A stretch of 61,552 bases of DNA from a virus (Duplodnaviria; Caudoviricetes): positions 1 to 61,552 of IMG/VR virus record IMGVR_UViG_3300027706_000010; one strand, written 5' to 3'. Both the position numbers and the translations under genes were made by a program. Shown piece after piece: positions 59,425 to 61,552 of the stretch. Within the stretch, counting starts at the first letter, position 1. The number at the start of each line of letters is the position of its first letter. The notes under the pieces were generated by a model. That model did no database searches, was not told where the DNA came from, and was given only the letters and a program-made list of their open reading frames with translations.

Positions 59425-59895
59425 ATGCAGCGCCTTTTTCTCATTGCGATGGCCGCCGTTGTCATCCTGGCAATTGGCTTTGTGACAATCATCGTGGTCA
59501 GCATTCTCCCGTACTTTGACTTGATCGGCAAGGTAGCCACTGGCGTTGTCATCGTCATGCTGGCCTGCCTGGCAGCGTTGATGCTTTCATTTACGTGGAG
59601 TCGTATCGGTATCTGGCAGCATCGCAGGCGTACTATCATTGCTGGGGATATTGTCGTGTATGTGGGCAGGGATGGCGAGCTATCCCACCTCTCTGCCATG
59701 CACGAGCAGGCCAAAGTCCCCGTAACCATCCAGGCAGAGAAAGCCTTGCCTGCGCCGAAAAAGCCGGAGGTGGATGAAGACACGGTGTTAGAGTTGTTCG
59801 ATCATGGTTCGTCCATCCGTTCAATTGCGGCTGCAACTGGTTTGACCTACTACCAGGTGCAAAAGATTACCTCCAAACGGGCTGCGAATCAGTGA
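59425..59895 (+). CDS. Two-TM protein with C-terminal HTH
   Basis: AAGGAG RBS; GSSIRSIAAATGLTYYQV; its 3' end lies in the terminal repeat. Confidence 0.6.
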   Translation: MQRLFLIAMAAVVILAIGFVTIIVVSILPYFDLIGKVATGVVIVMLACLAALMLSFTWSRIGIWQHRRRTIIAGDIVVYVGRDGELSHLSAMHEQAKVPVTIQAEKALPAPKKPEVDEDTVLELFDHGSSIRSIAAATGLTYYQVQKITSKRAANQ

Positions 59896-59952
59896 TTGAT
59901 TGATTGGCCTGATTGATTTCCCAGCGAAAATTTTTTGCGCTCAACGTGTGTG
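59826..59952. repeat. 127-bp direct repeat, copy 2
   Basis: Identical to bases 1-127. Confidence 0.95.
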
Positions 59953-61420
59953 GAGAACGTTTCTAAGAAATGATGTCACCTGTTGACATGTGCGTACAAA
60001 CATGCTACAATCCTTCCATGAAGTTAAGTCAGTACGCCAAACAACAAGGCATCAGCTATCGAACAGCTTTACGCTGGTTTCGGGCGGGTACCATCAAAGG
60101 CTATCAGGCTCCCACTGGCACCATCATCGTGACAGAGGGAGAAAAACCGCCTGTTCATCTTGAGAAGGTTGCCATTTATGCTCGCGTCTCATCTGCTGAA
60201 CACAAAGCCAACTTAGAGAGACAAGCAGAACGGTTGCTACAGTATTGTGAGGCGCGCGGCTATCAGGTGGTACAAGTGGTGAAAGAGATTGCATCGGGCG
60301 TCAATGATAGCCGCCCGAAACTCATTGGACTCTTGAAGGATACGAGCATCACCCTGATTGTGGTAGAGCATCGAGACCGTCTGACTCGTTTCGGGTTTCA
60401 CTATCTGGAAACGCTCTTAGAAGTTCAGGGACGCAAGATCGAAGTGGTGAATGTGGCTGAGGATGACAAAGAGGACTTGATTGCTGATCTGGTAGCCATT
60501 GTTTACTCATTCACCGCCCGATTGTATGGGCAACGACGTGCTAAGCGGAAGACAGAAGCCTTAGTTGAGCAGTTACAAAGTGAGGACAAGTAGATGCAAC
60601 TGGTAGAGCAGCATGTGATTCGTAAAAATGACCCACGCTATGAGGCCATAGATCGTGCTGCTTTCGCGTCCAAGAATCTCTACAATGCTGCAAACTACCT
60701 TGTCCGACAAGCCTTCATCTTTCAGGGCACCTACCTGGGTTATGCTGAAATCTTCCATCTGCTGAAGGGGCATGACGCCTATCAAGCCTTACCACGTAAG
60801 GTGAGCAACGATGTCCTGAGGCTCTTAGATAAGAACTGGAAAAGCTTCTTCAAAGCAATCAAAGCGTGGAAAGCCCATCCTGAGCAGTTTTTAGGGCGGC
60901 CCAAACTGCCTGGTTACAAGGATAAAATCGAGGGGCGAAACATTCTTATCTATGATATTCAAGCACTCAGTAAGACGGCATTGCGAAAGGGGATAATTGC
61001 GCCGTCGCAACTTGGTATCACTGTTCAGACACAGCAGACGAACGTTAAGCAAGTCCGTATCATTCCTAAATCTACTCATTACGTGATTGAAGTGGTCTAT
61101 GAGCAAGAGCCTGAACAGGCAAGCGTGGATGCTTCACTCGTGGCCGGTATTGATTTGGGATTAGACAATCTGGCAACGCTTACCAGTAACAAGCCTGGTT
61201 TTGCGCCACGTCTGATAAGCGGCAAGCTCCTGAAGAGTATCAATCAGGGCTATAACAAGCGACGTGCAGAGCTTCAAAGCCAACTCAAGAACCGTTTTAC
61301 ATCCCGCCAACTTGAGCGGCTTACCGACAAGCGCAATCGACGTATCAAGCACCTTCTCCATAGTGCGTCCAAACAGATTGTTGCTTTGTTGGTAGCGGAA
61401 GGCATTGGCACCCTGGTCAT
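59953..61420 (+). mobile_element. IS607-family element, interrupted
   Basis: Serine transposase plus tnpB, starting at the repeat boundary. Confidence 0.85.
60018..60593 (+). CDS. tnpA: IS607 serine transposase
   Basis: N-terminal HTH, IYARVSS, EIASG, EHRDRLTRFG, FTARLYG. Confidence 0.92.
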   Translation: MKLSQYAKQQGISYRTALRWFRAGTIKGYQAPTGTIIVTEGEKPPVHLEKVAIYARVSSAEHKANLERQAERLLQYCEARGYQVVQVVKEIASGVNDSRPKLIGLLKDTSITLIVVEHRDRLTRFGFHYLETLLEVQGRKIEVVNVAEDDKEDLIADLVAIVYSFTARLYGQRRAKRKTEALVEQLQSEDK

Positions 61421-61427
61421 CCTATAG
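60594..61427 (+). pseudogene. tnpB: IS607 TnpB truncated just before RuvC-II
   Basis: SKNLYN and GIDLG present; ends at GIGTLVI, where foreign sequence begins. Confidence 0.8.
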
Positions 61428-61552
61428 GCGCAGGAGACCCCTGCCTTCAGGCGTGGGGAGGAATGCGCCCTCTCCTTTCTCGTGCTGACAATATCCTGGT
61501 ATATATGATATACTCTCTGTATGGATAGAACAATAATTGTCCAACTGAAGCC
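61421..61552 (+). mobile_element. Left end of a second IS200/IS605/IS1341-like element
   Basis: Hairpin cccctgccttcaggcgtgggg, promoter CTGACA..TATACT, ORF start MDRTIIVQLK at 61521. Confidence 0.65.

Overview
This is a near-complete temperate siphovirus-type phage or prophage of about 59.8 kb. Bases 1-127 recur exactly at 59826-59952, so the element is probably circular. The host is unproven, though protein and IS style hint at Chloroflexota/Ktedonobacteria. It has ordinary packaging, head, tail and lysis genes (11.4-37.9 kb), a replication and recombination block (44-52 kb), a repressor, xis and tyrosine integrase (55-59 kb), an IS200/IS605 insertion, and a terminal IS607 interrupted by a second IS. 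The striking part is the 2-11 kb accessory region, which packs three different RNA-guided modules in one orientation. (1) An IS110/Nop-domain protein lacking nuclease and recombinase motifs, followed by an unannotated TIGR-like array of 9-nt spacers between alternating CCA-ending repeats. (2) Directly downstream, a type IV-B csf1-cas11-csf2-csf3-cysH operon. (3) A catalytically intact TnpB with no tnpA, whose 3' end encodes a GNRA-hairpin RNA with a partial anti-repeat and abuts an 8-repeat CRISPR array. Several spacers translate into motifs of phage primase-polymerases. All calls come from reading the sequence by eye; no database searches were run.
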